From: Candidatus Poseidoniaceae archaeon
Lineage (GTDB): Archaea > Thermoplasmatota > Poseidoniia > Poseidoniales > Poseidoniaceae
Length of the DNA stretch: 47,035 nt
Direction: 5' to 3'
Assembly (NCBI GenBank): GCA_022452125.1
Contig: JAKURJ010000001.1
Coordinates: 1-47,035, forward strand
In this document: in pieces, positions 8,032-18,000 of the stretch
Layout of the letters: each line of letters starts with the position of its first letter
Numbering within the stretch: the first letter of the stretch is position 1
The notes under the pieces: model-generated
Seen by the model: the letters and a program-made list of their open reading frames with translations, nothing else
The model's database searches: none
Told to the model about the DNA's origin: nothing
Translations under genes and position numbers: made by a program

Positions 8032-8967
8032 ATCTGGTCCTATTCCAGTCATAACTTCGCCATTTTTCCAATAGCCTCGATACATCAGCATTGTCTGAAA
8101 TGGAATAGCGATATTGCCTTTCGAATCGACGGCTATAACTCCGCCTCTACCACCTAGCGGTGCGACCATATCCAGCATATTTCCACAGGCATCTGCAAGT
8201 GAATCTCCCGCTTTTACTCTAGTAGCGACTTCGTGCGCCGCACAAGTTCTGATGAAGGCTTCACCAACACCAGTACACGAAACTGCAACTCTGTTATCTG
8301 CCCATGTTCCAGCGCCAATAATGGGGGTATCTCCGATTCTTCCATCCGGTTTTCCAGTCATCCCGCCAGTGCTTGTTGCAGCGGCAAGAACGCCCTTCGA
8401 ATCTATGGCAACTGCACCGACAGTTCCCATCCCCTCGCCATCGTGGTCAAGTATAGCCTCATCATCTTCATCGGTCGAACCAGGCCTTGATTTCGCATCT
8501 TTCCACTTCTTCCATTGGGCTTGACGTAAATCAGTGGTCAGCCATTCTTGCGATACCTCTTCAACGCCGTTTTTGATCGCAAAGTTATCAGCAGCAGCCC
8601 CGTTCAACATAACGGGCCAGTTATTGTCAAGGACCATTTTTGCAGCACGAATTGGATGCCTGATTCTTTTTACATTGACAACTGAACCTGCGGCAGCATC
8701 ACTACCACGCATGATACTTGCATCCATTGTAACACTTCCATCAGCTGCGATAACTGAACCGATTCCAGCATTGAATAGTGGTTCATTCTCCAACATTTCA
8801 ACAGCGATAGTAACAGCTTCTAGTGCATCAATACCGTCTTGTAGCATTGAACCTACTGTCGTTAGAACGCTCTGCATGCATGCTATACGTTGTGGATCCA
8901 AATCTGTTGGACCTTTCCACGGACCGTCGCCGCCAGCTCCACCGTGAATGGCGAGGCCGACCACCAT
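8017..8967 (-). CDS. isoaspartyl peptidase / L-asparaginase (Ntn-hydrolase, plant-type asparaginase family)
   Basis: It has HGGAGG at the N-terminus and an autocleavage/nucleophile context DHDGEGMGTVGAVAID. STGGMTGKPDGRIGDTPIIGAGT is also typical of the family. Confidence 0.85.
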   Translation of the reverse strand: MVVGLAIHGGAGGDGPWKGPTDLDPQRIACMQSVLTTVGSMLQDGIDALEAVTIAVEMLENEPLFNAGIGSVIAADGSVTMDASIMRGSDAAAGSVVNVKRIRHPIRAAKMVLDNNWPVMLNGAAADNFAIKNGVEEVSQEWLTTDLRQAQWKKWKDAKSRPGSTDEDDEAILDHDGEGMGTVGAVAIDSKGVLAAATSTGGMTGKPDGRIGDTPIIGAGTWADNRVAVSCTGVGEAFIRTCAAHEVATRVKAGDSLADACGNMLDMVAPLGGRGGVIAVDSKGNIAIPFQTMLMYRGYWKNGEVMTGIGPDLSSH

Positions 8968-8973
8968 CTCACC

Positions 8974-9456
8974 TCATGCTCTGGTAACTGAGATGATTTG
9001 TTGAGGTTGCGCAGGCCTGTCTCCAGGAAGTTTTCTGCAGCCTTCGATTGTCTTAACGACGTTCATTCCATCAACAACTTCTCCGAAAACAGCGTGGTTA
9101 CCATTTAGCCACGGGGTTGCAACGGTGGTTAGGAAAAACTGCGATCCACCTGTGTTGCGGCCAGCATTAGCCATTGAGAGAACGCCGGGGCGGTCATGCT
9201 TCAAGGATAGAGCGCTAGGCTCGCAAGGAATCTTCCATCCAGGGCCACCTGTTCCAGCCATTCGACTCATAGGGTCTTTGGAATGTGGGCAACCACCTTG
9301 AATCATAAATTGCTCAATCACTCTATGGAAGTGTAGTCCGTTGTAGTATCCATCGTCAACTAGTCGAAGGAAGTTAGCGGTCGTATCTGGGGCTTCACCG
9401 GTAAATAGCCTAATTCGGATTTCACCGGCACTTGTCTGCATAATGACGTCTGTCAT
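8974..9456 (-). CDS. peptidyl-prolyl cis-trans isomerase, cyclophilin type
   Basis: It contains FHRVIEQFMIQGG, SMANAGRNTGGSQFF and VFGEVVDGMNVV, which are canonical cyclophilin motifs. Confidence 0.9.
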   Translation of the reverse strand: MTDVIMQTSAGEIRIRLFTGEAPDTTANFLRLVDDGYYNGLHFHRVIEQFMIQGGCPHSKDPMSRMAGTGGPGWKIPCEPSALSLKHDRPGVLSMANAGRNTGGSQFFLTTVATPWLNGNHAVFGEVVDGMNVVKTIEGCRKLPGDRPAQPQQIISVTRA

Positions 9457-9502
9457 AACATGGTCTAGGCGAAGCCCGTTGATGACCCTTGCTATTGTCT
9501 AA

Positions 9503-12500
9503 TCATTGGTTAAGCCAAGGGCGGAAATGCTGGTCAGCATATGCTCTTGCCTGTTCTGCTGTGTAACCATGAGCCAATAGTTGCTGTTCGTATTGCAACT
9601 GCTCTGGGGTAATACTTGGGTCTGCAGCGGCTAATCCGCCCATCGGTTGTTCAAACGCTGCGTTAGCGTATGAATCTCCAGCAAGGCCATCGCCTCCACG
9701 ACCCTTTCTAACAATCAAGAAGGTTAGTAGAATGATAATTACAACACCGAAACCGACCCCTCCAATCATCACAACATCAGTGCTGCCTTCCGCAGAGTCA
9801 TCAGTGCTTTCTCCACCGTCTCCGGTTCCTGAACCACCATTGTTGTCAGTGCCTCCTCCGTTGTCAGTTCCACCGTTGTTGTCAGTACCGCCGCCATTGT
9901 TGTCGACTACTTCACAACCGACTGAGTCGACAGTTACGTTAACTGCGGTTGCTGGACAATCATCCATTGAATCAACTACACCGTCGCCGTCAGTATCAAC
10001 TTCACAACCGTTCTCATCAATCACTACATCCGCAGGAGTAGAGTCACAATCATCATCAGAATCCTGGACGCCATCACCATCAGTATCGACAAATGGTGGC
10101 GGACATCCATCTCCGCCTTCTCCATTTTCGACACCTGCTACGCCTGGGCACTGGTCTCCTAGGTATCCAGAGCTGTTGTCTCCAAATCCATCTTCATCTT
10201 CGTCAACCCACTGGCTTTCATCCAGTGGAGAGAAGTCGTTTAGGTTAGACCAACCGTCTCCGTCTAGGTCGGCACAGCCATAGCGGTCTCCCCAACTCTC
10301 TCCGTACTTGTCAGGACAATCGTCAACGATTCCGTCACCAGTATCTGTGGTGTTGTAACCGTCTCTATCAACGTCGTTTGCCCACAATTCTTCTTCGTTT
10401 TGAACAGTGAAATTGTCTCCCATCATTTCATTGTTGATGAGCTCAACCTCGTCGACAGCACGGTCCATGTTGATCATTACATGACAAGAATAGGTTCCCG
10501 ATGCAGTAGTTGCATCGATGAATGTTGATGATGCTCTTTCAAGAACTAATTGTCCATATGTTGAGTATGTACTCATCGCTGACGAATCAATTTGTTCTAC
10601 AACCGCTCCGGTTTCATCAATTAAATCTAGACTCCAATTGAAATCTCCAATTGCAGGACCACGCAAGTTGTGTATTTCGAATGAATAGAACAATTCCTCA
10701 TTGCTAACCATTTCTGCACCACATGATAGGTTACTGACTGCAAGGTCAGCAGGTGCAGGAGGCATGGAATTGATTGAGATGTTGTAGTAACCCTCTCCTC
10801 CAGCAGAGTCGATAACTAGAGTGAACATTCCGTCCTGTCCTTCATATTCTGAATCGCCCATTGACATCCATTCTGTACCATTCCAACCAGCAACCATGTT
10901 GCTTTCTTCATCGTATAGATTTGCAGTGAATGGTGAACCCATATCTGGTGAGAACATCACGTTGATGTTGTTGTAATCTTCAAGATTGAATTGGTATGCG
11001 TCAGAGGAGTCTTGTCCATCCAAGCAGCCTTGCCCCATCATCGATGGGTTTGATCCGAGTGGAATAGCATTCGTCATATCTGTTCCAGCATCTGTGCCTG
11101 TTCCAGCATCGGAATGGCCAACGCATGTGAATGGTGCATCATATCCTGCTGGGGTTCCAATGAGAAGTCTGTATGTTCCAGCTCCGCCAGATTCCCAAAA
11201 TACTGTTGATCGGTTTACCATGATTGTGTAGGTTCCAGCCACGCCATCGCTAGAAGTGCCAACGGTTGTAACTTCAGAATCTGAGAACAAACCAATGTCT
11301 GAATCTACTTCAGCACCATTCGAGTCCAGCAATGCAAGGTTTACAGCACCAGACGGTGGGTCGACGAGAGTGATATTCAGATTCTGACCTGCGCCAATAG
11401 TAATTGTGTAATGGTCTGCAGTGTCGCTCGAATCAATGCAGCCGCGGTATTCCGCATCAGCATAGTTTCCTAAATCGAAAGCACCTGCTGAGTTGTTGGC
11501 AGCATCGCCACCCATTCCAGCATCATTTTGAGTTGCACACGACGTTTCTGCATTTCCAACAGTGAATTGTCCGGTTCGGGTTTGTTGATTGTTATCCTCA
11601 TCTCTCTCAAGAATTAGGTCGTCTTGGTCAACTACCACGTAGAGGTAGTATCCGCCTTCCACGATATCTGCTGGAATTGTAGAACTGATGGTCACGCTAG
11701 TGTTTGTATCAATTGGGATTCCACTAGTGGTTGTGGAACCGATTTCATGGTCATACCAGTCTACGCCAGTGTTCACTGAAAGAATTACAGTCAATTCCAC
11801 GCTTGAAACTCCGTCCACAGTCCCTTCATTCTCTAGAACTGCTGTAACATCAAACATGTCTCCTGGCTGCCCACTTCCAGCACTAGTTACAGTATCGATA
11901 GTATAGTCTGGTGCAGGAATACTTTGATTGGTCCAAACATCGAGAGTGTAATTTGAAACTCCGGAATAGTGAGATACATTGACGTAATATGTTCCGCCAA
12001 CTCCTTCGTAATCTGTTAATTTTACAGTAGCAGTTTCAGGATATGAGGAGGTGTATCCTCGGTCAACTTCTGAACCGTTGGAATAGTGGATGAACACATC
12101 AAGGTCTGAGGTTTGGTCTTCCGCATCTAGTTCGACTTCGAGGAAATACCCTGCAGGTACGTCGAAGGCATAGACGTCATCACCATCAGCACCATCCATA
12201 CAACCAGTGTATGACGAGGTTACGTTACTACCCATATTGGAAGCATTAGCAGCATCATTACCTGCATCCGCTCCAAGGCCACCATCATTTTGTGTACCAC
12301 CCAAGAGGTCTGTACAATCATTACCGACAACCATTACTCCAGATGACCACATGTTATTGTTGGACGAGTTACTTTCAGTAATGTTTCCATACCCATCGGC
12401 CCAGACTAGCCAGTAATAGGAATCGTTGGTCAAATTGGATGGAAGAGTAATACTCATTGAGGTAGTTCTTGTTGCACCAGCGCCCAAATCAGCTTCATTG

Positions 12501-13321
12501 GATACATCATCAAGTAATTCATCAGCGAAATCGTAGGTTGTATCGGTTGAAAGGATGAAGAACACATCAAATGCCCCGGTTGTTGCAGATGAGTTGTTTG
12601 CTAAGTTTTCTACAGTGTAGTTCACAGTAACAGTGTCTCCTGCCTGTGCCTTGACAGGGATGTCAACCATTGAGACAGTGATATCTGGTTTAGGTGTCGA
12701 ATTGTTGGTCCAAACTCGCAATGTGTAGGTACCATCTCCACTGTATGCATTGATCCAAACATAGAATGTTGTAGCATTTCCTTCCAGCGCAGTACCGCCA
12801 GTGGTTACTTGCTCTAGAGGGTCATTATATTCGGAGTAATCATAGAATGTGGACTTGGTTGCATCCACTAAGTACAGGTCAAAGTCAGCGCCTGTTGGAA
12901 CAACGAGTTCAACGTCGACTTCCTTGCCCGAAGTCGTAGTAATGCTGTACATGTCCTCAGGATCGTTTGCATCTACGCAACCAGTTACTCCACTTGGACC
13001 GTTTGTAGGGTCGGTACCCAAGCTCTTTGCTGTTGTACTGGTGTTTCCTGCATCTCCTGCTGAGCCAGCATCTGTTTGTACAGTGCTACATGGAGCGCGA
13101 CCCGATGCGCCGGTGTCAATTCTTGGTCCAACCGAATCGATTGTCTTTGCAGGCAGGTCGAAAATCGGCGACTCATCGAACTCTTTTCCTTGTTCAATTC
13201 CCTTCTCATAATCCGCTGAAACTAGCGGAGTCATGGACATCATTATCATCAGGCTGGCAAGAAGGATTGTACGTGTACGCATGGCCCTCACGTAGTACCC
13301 CTGCCACTGGTTCGCTATCAA
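9503..13321 (-). CDS. giant secreted/anchored surface protein: [PPC-like domain - CARDB-like Ig domain] x4, thrombospondin-type-3-like Ca-binding repeats, C-terminal TM anchor
   Basis: There is an N-terminal signal or anchor. Four ~125-aa units begin (Q/T)(N/D)DAG.GxDAGN...LG...GC.D..D..D.Y and end YTL.VWTN, which resembles the pre-peptidase C-terminal domain. They alternate with PD(I/Y)T(V/I)... Ig-like units. DTDGDGV.DS.DDC repeats follow, then a G/T/D/N linker, the TM helix GGVGFGVVIIILLTFLIV and a short tail. Confidence 0.7.
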   Translation of the reverse strand: MIANQWQGYYVRAMRTRTILLASLMIMMSMTPLVSADYEKGIEQGKEFDESPIFDLPAKTIDSVGPRIDTGASGRAPCSTVQTDAGSAGDAGNTSTTAKSLGTDPTNGPSGVTGCVDANDPEDMYSITTTSGKEVDVELVVPTGADFDLYLVDATKSTFYDYSEYNDPLEQVTTGGTALEGNATTFYVWINAYSGDGTYTLRVWTNNSTPKPDITVSMVDIPVKAQAGDTVTVNYTVENLANNSSATTGAFDVFFILSTDTTYDFADELLDDVSNEADLGAGATRTTSMSITLPSNLTNDSYYWLVWADGYGNITESNSSNNNMWSSGVMVVGNDCTDLLGGTQNDGGLGADAGNDAANASNMGSNVTSSYTGCMDGADGDDVYAFDVPAGYFLEVELDAEDQTSDLDVFIHYSNGSEVDRGYTSSYPETATVKLTDYEGVGGTYYVNVSHYSGVSNYTLDVWTNQSIPAPDYTIDTVTSAGSGQPGDMFDVTAVLENEGTVDGVSSVELTVILSVNTGVDWYDHEIGSTTTSGIPIDTNTSVTISSTIPADIVEGGYYLYVVVDQDDLILERDEDNNQQTRTGQFTVGNAETSCATQNDAGMGGDAANNSAGAFDLGNYADAEYRGCIDSSDTADHYTITIGAGQNLNITLVDPPSGAVNLALLDSNGAEVDSDIGLFSDSEVTTVGTSSDGVAGTYTIMVNRSTVFWESGGAGTYRLLIGTPAGYDAPFTCVGHSDAGTGTDAGTDMTNAIPLGSNPSMMGQGCLDGQDSSDAYQFNLEDYNNINVMFSPDMGSPFTANLYDEESNMVAGWNGTEWMSMGDSEYEGQDGMFTLVIDSAGGEGYYNISINSMPPAPADLAVSNLSCGAEMVSNEELFYSFEIHNLRGPAIGDFNWSLDLIDETGAVVEQIDSSAMSTYSTYGQLVLERASSTFIDATTASGTYSCHVMINMDRAVDEVELINNEMMGDNFTVQNEEELWANDVDRDGYNTTDTGDGIVDDCPDKYGESWGDRYGCADLDGDGWSNLNDFSPLDESQWVDEDEDGFGDNSSGYLGDQCPGVAGVENGEGGDGCPPPFVDTDGDGVQDSDDDCDSTPADVVIDENGCEVDTDGDGVVDSMDDCPATAVNVTVDSVGCEVVDNNGGGTDNNGGTDNGGGTDNNGGSGTGDGGESTDDSAEGSTDVVMIGGVGFGVVIIILLTFLIVRKGRGGDGLAGDSYANAAFEQPMGGLAAADPSITPEQLQYEQQLLAHGYTAEQARAYADQHFRPWLNQ
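9833..9907 (-). repeat. imperfect ~18-nt tandem repeat encoding a (N)NGGGTD linker
   Basis: The + strand reads ccaccattgttgtcagtg / cctcctccgttgtcagtt / ccaccgttgttgtcagta / ccgccgccattgttgtcgac. On the - strand this translates to NNGGGTDNNGGTDNGGGTDNNGG. Confidence 0.7.
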
Positions 13322-13363
13322 ACTACGGTTTTAGGCCATGATGCACGACAGTGCACATTTTGC

Positions 13364-14956
13364 TTAATTTAGGGCCGGAGCAGCAGCATTAACTTCGGCC
13401 GAAACACCCTCGGAGTATCTTTCGAAGTTTTCATTGAACATAGCAGCCAACTTGTCAGCAGTGGCATCGTAAGCATCACCATCACTCCATGTTTGCTTAG
13501 GAATCAATACCTCAGAAGGAACCCCAGGGCACGATTTAGGAATTTCAAAACCGAATCTTTCATCGGTTACGTATTCAACATTGTCGAGTGCGCCGTCCAT
13601 GGCTGCATTCAACATTGCACGAGTGTACTTGATTTTCATTCTGCTTCCAACACCATAAGCGCCACCAGACCATCCGGTGTTGATTAGCCAAGCAGTAGAA
13701 CCGTGTTCAGCCATTTTGCTAGATAGTAAATCAGCGTAGACTCCTGGGTGCATTGGCATGAATGGCTCACCGAAACATGCAGAGAATGTTGCCTGCGGCT
13801 CAGTAACTCCAATTTCAGTTCCAGCAACCTTTGCAGTGTAGCCCGAGATGAAGTGGTAAGCAGCTTGTGCAGAAGTCAATCTGCTGATAGGAGGAAGAAC
13901 TCCAAATGCATCGCAAGTTAGGAAAATTACGTTTTGCGGGTGTCCCCCTTTGCTATCCAGAGTTCTGTTTTCAATCGCTTCAATTGGATATGAGCCACGG
14001 GTATTCTGAGTCTTGCTAGTGTCAAAGAAGTCTGGAATGCCTTCAGAATTGACAACGATATTCTCTAGGACAGTTCCTTTTTGTCGAGTTGTAGCGAAGA
14101 TTTCCGGCTCATCCTCTTCTGACAGGTTGATGAGTTTAGCATAGCAACCGCCTTCGAAATTGAATACTCCATTTGCTCCCCAGCCGTGCTCATCATCACC
14201 GATTAGAGCACGATTAGGATCAGCAGATAGAGTCGTTTTTCCAGTACCAGACAGGCCAAAGAAAATTGCAGTGTTCTCGCCGTTTGTGTTAGCAGAACAG
14301 TGCATAGGAAGGATACCTTTCTTTGGTAGAATGAGGTTCATGACGCTGAAAATAGATTTCTTGATTTCGCCAGCATACCTAGTACCTCCAATGATTACTT
14401 CACCGAGTTGATAGTTTACAATAACAAAGCATTGTGAATTCAAAGCGTCATCATTTGCTTCGAAATGAGGAGCATGGTAGACTGTAAATTGTGGCACATG
14501 GCTTTCCAATTGTTCAGCGCTCGGTCGTACGAACATATTTCTTGCAAATGCATTGTGCCACGCATTCTGGTTAATTACCCGAATCGGCAAAGCCTCACTT
14601 TCTTCAGCGCCGCAGTATAGGTCTTGAACGAACAAAGAATCTCTTTGCGACAAATATTCGATGACTTGACCCTTCAATCTGTTAAACACGGATTCATCGG
14701 TTGAAATGTTCACATCTCCCCAATTGACATCTTGGTTTGTTGTTGGCTCATCAACAATGAATTTGTCGTTAGGGGAACGCCCAGTTCTCTCACCGGTTTC
14801 AGTAACCAATGCTCCTTCAGATGTCAAATAACCTTCATTTCTCTCGACAGCTAGGTCGATGAGAGTGATGTTATCCAAGTTCCAATAAATTGTGGCATCG
14901 GTATCGATGCCGCTCTCAGATAGGTCGCCTGAAGGGGCACCCACAGCATCGGCCAT
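13364..14956 (-). CDS. pckA: phosphoenolpyruvate carboxykinase (ATP)
   Basis: It has the kinase-1a motif GLSGTGKTTLS, plus RSPNDKFIV, GDDEHGW and GGCYAK. The length and colinearity are typical of PckA. Confidence 0.9.
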   Translation of the reverse strand: MADAVGAPSGDLSESGIDTDATIYWNLDNITLIDLAVERNEGYLTSEGALVTETGERTGRSPNDKFIVDEPTTNQDVNWGDVNISTDESVFNRLKGQVIEYLSQRDSLFVQDLYCGAEESEALPIRVINQNAWHNAFARNMFVRPSAEQLESHVPQFTVYHAPHFEANDDALNSQCFVIVNYQLGEVIIGGTRYAGEIKKSIFSVMNLILPKKGILPMHCSANTNGENTAIFFGLSGTGKTTLSADPNRALIGDDEHGWGANGVFNFEGGCYAKLINLSEEDEPEIFATTRQKGTVLENIVVNSEGIPDFFDTSKTQNTRGSYPIEAIENRTLDSKGGHPQNVIFLTCDAFGVLPPISRLTSAQAAYHFISGYTAKVAGTEIGVTEPQATFSACFGEPFMPMHPGVYADLLSSKMAEHGSTAWLINTGWSGGAYGVGSRMKIKYTRAMLNAAMDGALDNVEYVTDERFGFEIPKSCPGVPSEVLIPKQTWSDGDAYDATADKLAAMFNENFERYSEGVSAEVNAAAPALN

Positions 14957-15045
14957 GCACTGTCGACCCGCGGGCCCTCTTTGTCCCTTGCGGTTGGCAT
15001 CTTCAAAAAAATGCGCGAATACAATCCTAATTCAATCTGTGAAGG

Positions 15046-18000
15046 GTGATATTGAAAGCCAATTCAAATGGTGCCCCATCAATGGAGAAGGAATCTGAAG
15101 ACGAAATCCTCTCCAAGAGGAATTTTGAAACCGATTCAGGAGTCAACCTTGACAAATTTTTGATTAAATCAGTGGTCGAGGAAGAAGCGCCAAAAGAGGC
15201 AGATGAAACTCAGGAAAAAGAAATCGATGTTGCCGTAGGAGAGGTTGCGGAGATTTTCTCGCGTGGCGATGCTCCAAGCAGAATAAATCGAGACGGTACA
15301 GTTGATGATGCTCCGGAAGTGGATAGCGTAACAGAATACGCTATGGAAGGAGAGAAGAGGCTGCATTATGGATTAATGATCTCTATGATTGTAGTCTGGT
15401 CTGCTATCGGCACAATCGTAGGAACCTCGCCAATCTTTAGCCACACGATTTCAGCGATTGGATTATTCTTGATGGCTGGCTTTGGAATGTGGCTTGGTCA
15501 AATTTGGATTCCCCAAGAAAGAATGCATTTGTTGGGCGTAACTTGGGTTATTATCTCTATGAAAATCCTGTATGGTTTAGCAATCTCAATGTATGCATGG
15601 GAATGGATTGGAGAGACAGAATTGGGCGCCTCACTACTTGGTTTGGTCACTCTCAATATTGCAATAGCACAATATCACGATGAAGATGCTATCGCTACTC
15701 AAGCAACGTTGGTACTACTCGCAATTGGTTCAGCCGCAGGTGGGCCATATGGTGAAGAAGGAGTAGCGATAATGATTGGAATAGGTACGCTTCTATTCCA
15801 TGGATTGGCTTATCTCAGAAGTTCAGGAAACCTTGCATCTCTTGGAATTGCAGTATCTTATCTGTGGATTGGTCTTCATGCAATCAGTAATGATTGGGTT
15901 ATCTTTGGAATTGAAATTAAACCCTTCAATGATGAATTACTTCTGTTCTTGTTGATGTTTGGTGTGACTGGAATAAATGCAGTTACAGCTACTAGATTTG
16001 CAAAGGCAGAGAATTGGTTTTCCTCAGCTTTCAAAGCGATGGGCCTTGGAAAACCAGGCCTTTGGTCGGTATCTGTAGGATTGGGAATGATTGGAGCTTT
16101 ACTTGCAATTGCTTCAAATCGTCTTGAAACAGGTTATGCTCTTGCACAGTTGATTCTACTTCTATCCGCATTTACTCCTTCTTATCTCGTGGTCAGAGGC
16201 GAGAGTTGGCAGCGATTGCAACGCTATGCGCTTTGGCCAGCACCTGTGCTACTGGCAATTCTGATATTGATGGTTAGAGGCGTAATTGATGCTCCATTTT
16301 CCGAACCATGGTCGATATATGCGGTTTTCAGTGCAGCGATTACCACTTTCGCGATTCTGAATCACCAGCATGCGGTTTCCGACCATGTATTGTGGATCGG
16401 CTCTATTGTGATTGTAATTTTGCTAACGCTGTTAATCCCAGCAGACCAGACTAGTATGGCAAGAGTGTTGTTGGCATGCCAAGCTGTAGTTTGGATAGGC
16501 CTTGCATTCCTTGCAATACAAAGAGATTCTCCGTCCTTAGCAGGAACTGCGACTTTAGCACCGTGGTTTTGGCTTGTATTATTTGTCAGCAATTTGGAAG
16601 GGAGATTGATTTCTGTTGATATCCTGCCAATGAATTTCTCTGAACACGATGTTTCGATTTACTTGATTGCGTTATTATTGATTCAAATCCCACTTAATTT
16701 CAAGCTCGGTGAAAGTGGAGTAAATCTTGCAGGCCGTTTAGTTGGAATGTCAGAATTGAGTGCAAGAATGAGAGATAGTGGAATGATGAGATTGTGGAAT
16801 ATCAGTTTCATTACAATTATCTGTTCGATGCTATTCATCACAGGCCCTGGAATTGTACCTTCGTATGGAGTGATTTCAGTGATGGGACTATTGCTGATTT
16901 ATCACTCGATTGCTATGCGTATGGACAGGCACCAAGGTACCCCGAGAACGATTCTCGTATCTTGGGCAATTGCCGCTTTAGTACTTCAGTGGCGATTTGG
17001 TTTCGGCGCAATATGGATTGCTTTATTTGGAATTTCATCGGTTCTTATCATTAGTTGGTCTGAGATAAACGCAAAGCGATTGATGGAAGGAGAGAAACTC
17101 TCTCACCAAGCATTGATGCCAGGCAATCTAATCTCGATTGTACTAGGCTTCATCGCAATTATGTTGATGATTATTGGATTGGATGAACCGCTGTCATCAA
17201 TTCTTTCACACAGTGACAAATTCCCGTCTGACATTGCTAATCTTAGGCTAGCCAGCTTTGCTGCAATTTCCACTGTTGTTGGGCTTTATTTGCCCAGAGC
17301 ATCGACACTTGAGAGACTTCTTCCATCCGCTGTTGCTAGCATAGCAGTCTTGGTTACAGTCGGCCTAGCATCGGTCAGCCTTGAGGATGATATGACGTTG
17401 TACCTTGCTGGAATCAGTTTCATAGTTACGGGGGCATGGCTGTCGGCACAAGGAGAAATCAGGTCGCGCTTGAAACAAGTATCTCAGCGCGACGAAAGAC
17501 TGGAGAAATATCTCGCAAGACAAGAATTGAAATCACAAGTTGAGCAAGAGAGTGAAGGTTCGCAAATCAAGATGATTGATGCTGAATTGCTCCAGTTGTC
17601 TGAATTGCAGAAAAAGCGTTCACTTCGCCGCTCTTCATCGGGAGATTATGACCTGGTTGTCGGCGATATCCATCACAAACCAACGATAGTGATTTCATTC
17701 ATCATCGTGACAATTCTAGTAGGCGTATTCTTTGCTTGGACCAGTGGAGAATCGCTACCTGCAATTGCAGTATCCTCATTCGTTTCCGTCCTGTTTATTG
17801 GAATCGCTCGCTGGAGAGCAGACCAAGTTAACTTACAACTTCCAGATATTATGGGGATTGAATCTCCTGTTGCCATTACAATGGCCGGTTTAACTCTCAT
17901 CCAAATCGCAGGAAGGCTTGGTGATGCGAATGTAACTCAGGAATATCAGTGGGAAATACTCGTACTACTCGTAGCCCTGATTATTTTAGCATCCATTTCA

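Noticed and set aside
8114-8947. Three + strand ORFs (8114..8524, 8233..8490, 8534..8947) opposite the isoaspartyl peptidase gene.
   Set aside because: The - strand product carries unmistakable Ntn-asparaginase motifs along its whole length. The + strand translations are A/S/P-rich with no motifs, as is typical of antisense frames of G/A-rich proteins.
9732-13341. Long antisense or alternate-frame ORFs inside the giant surface-protein gene (for example 9732..10283+ with PPLLSVPPP repeats, 12849..13211+, 13027..13341+).
   Set aside because: They are mirror images of the D/G/T/N-rich repeat coding on the - strand. They have extreme low-complexity composition and are fully contained in a 1272-aa gene with clear domain structure.
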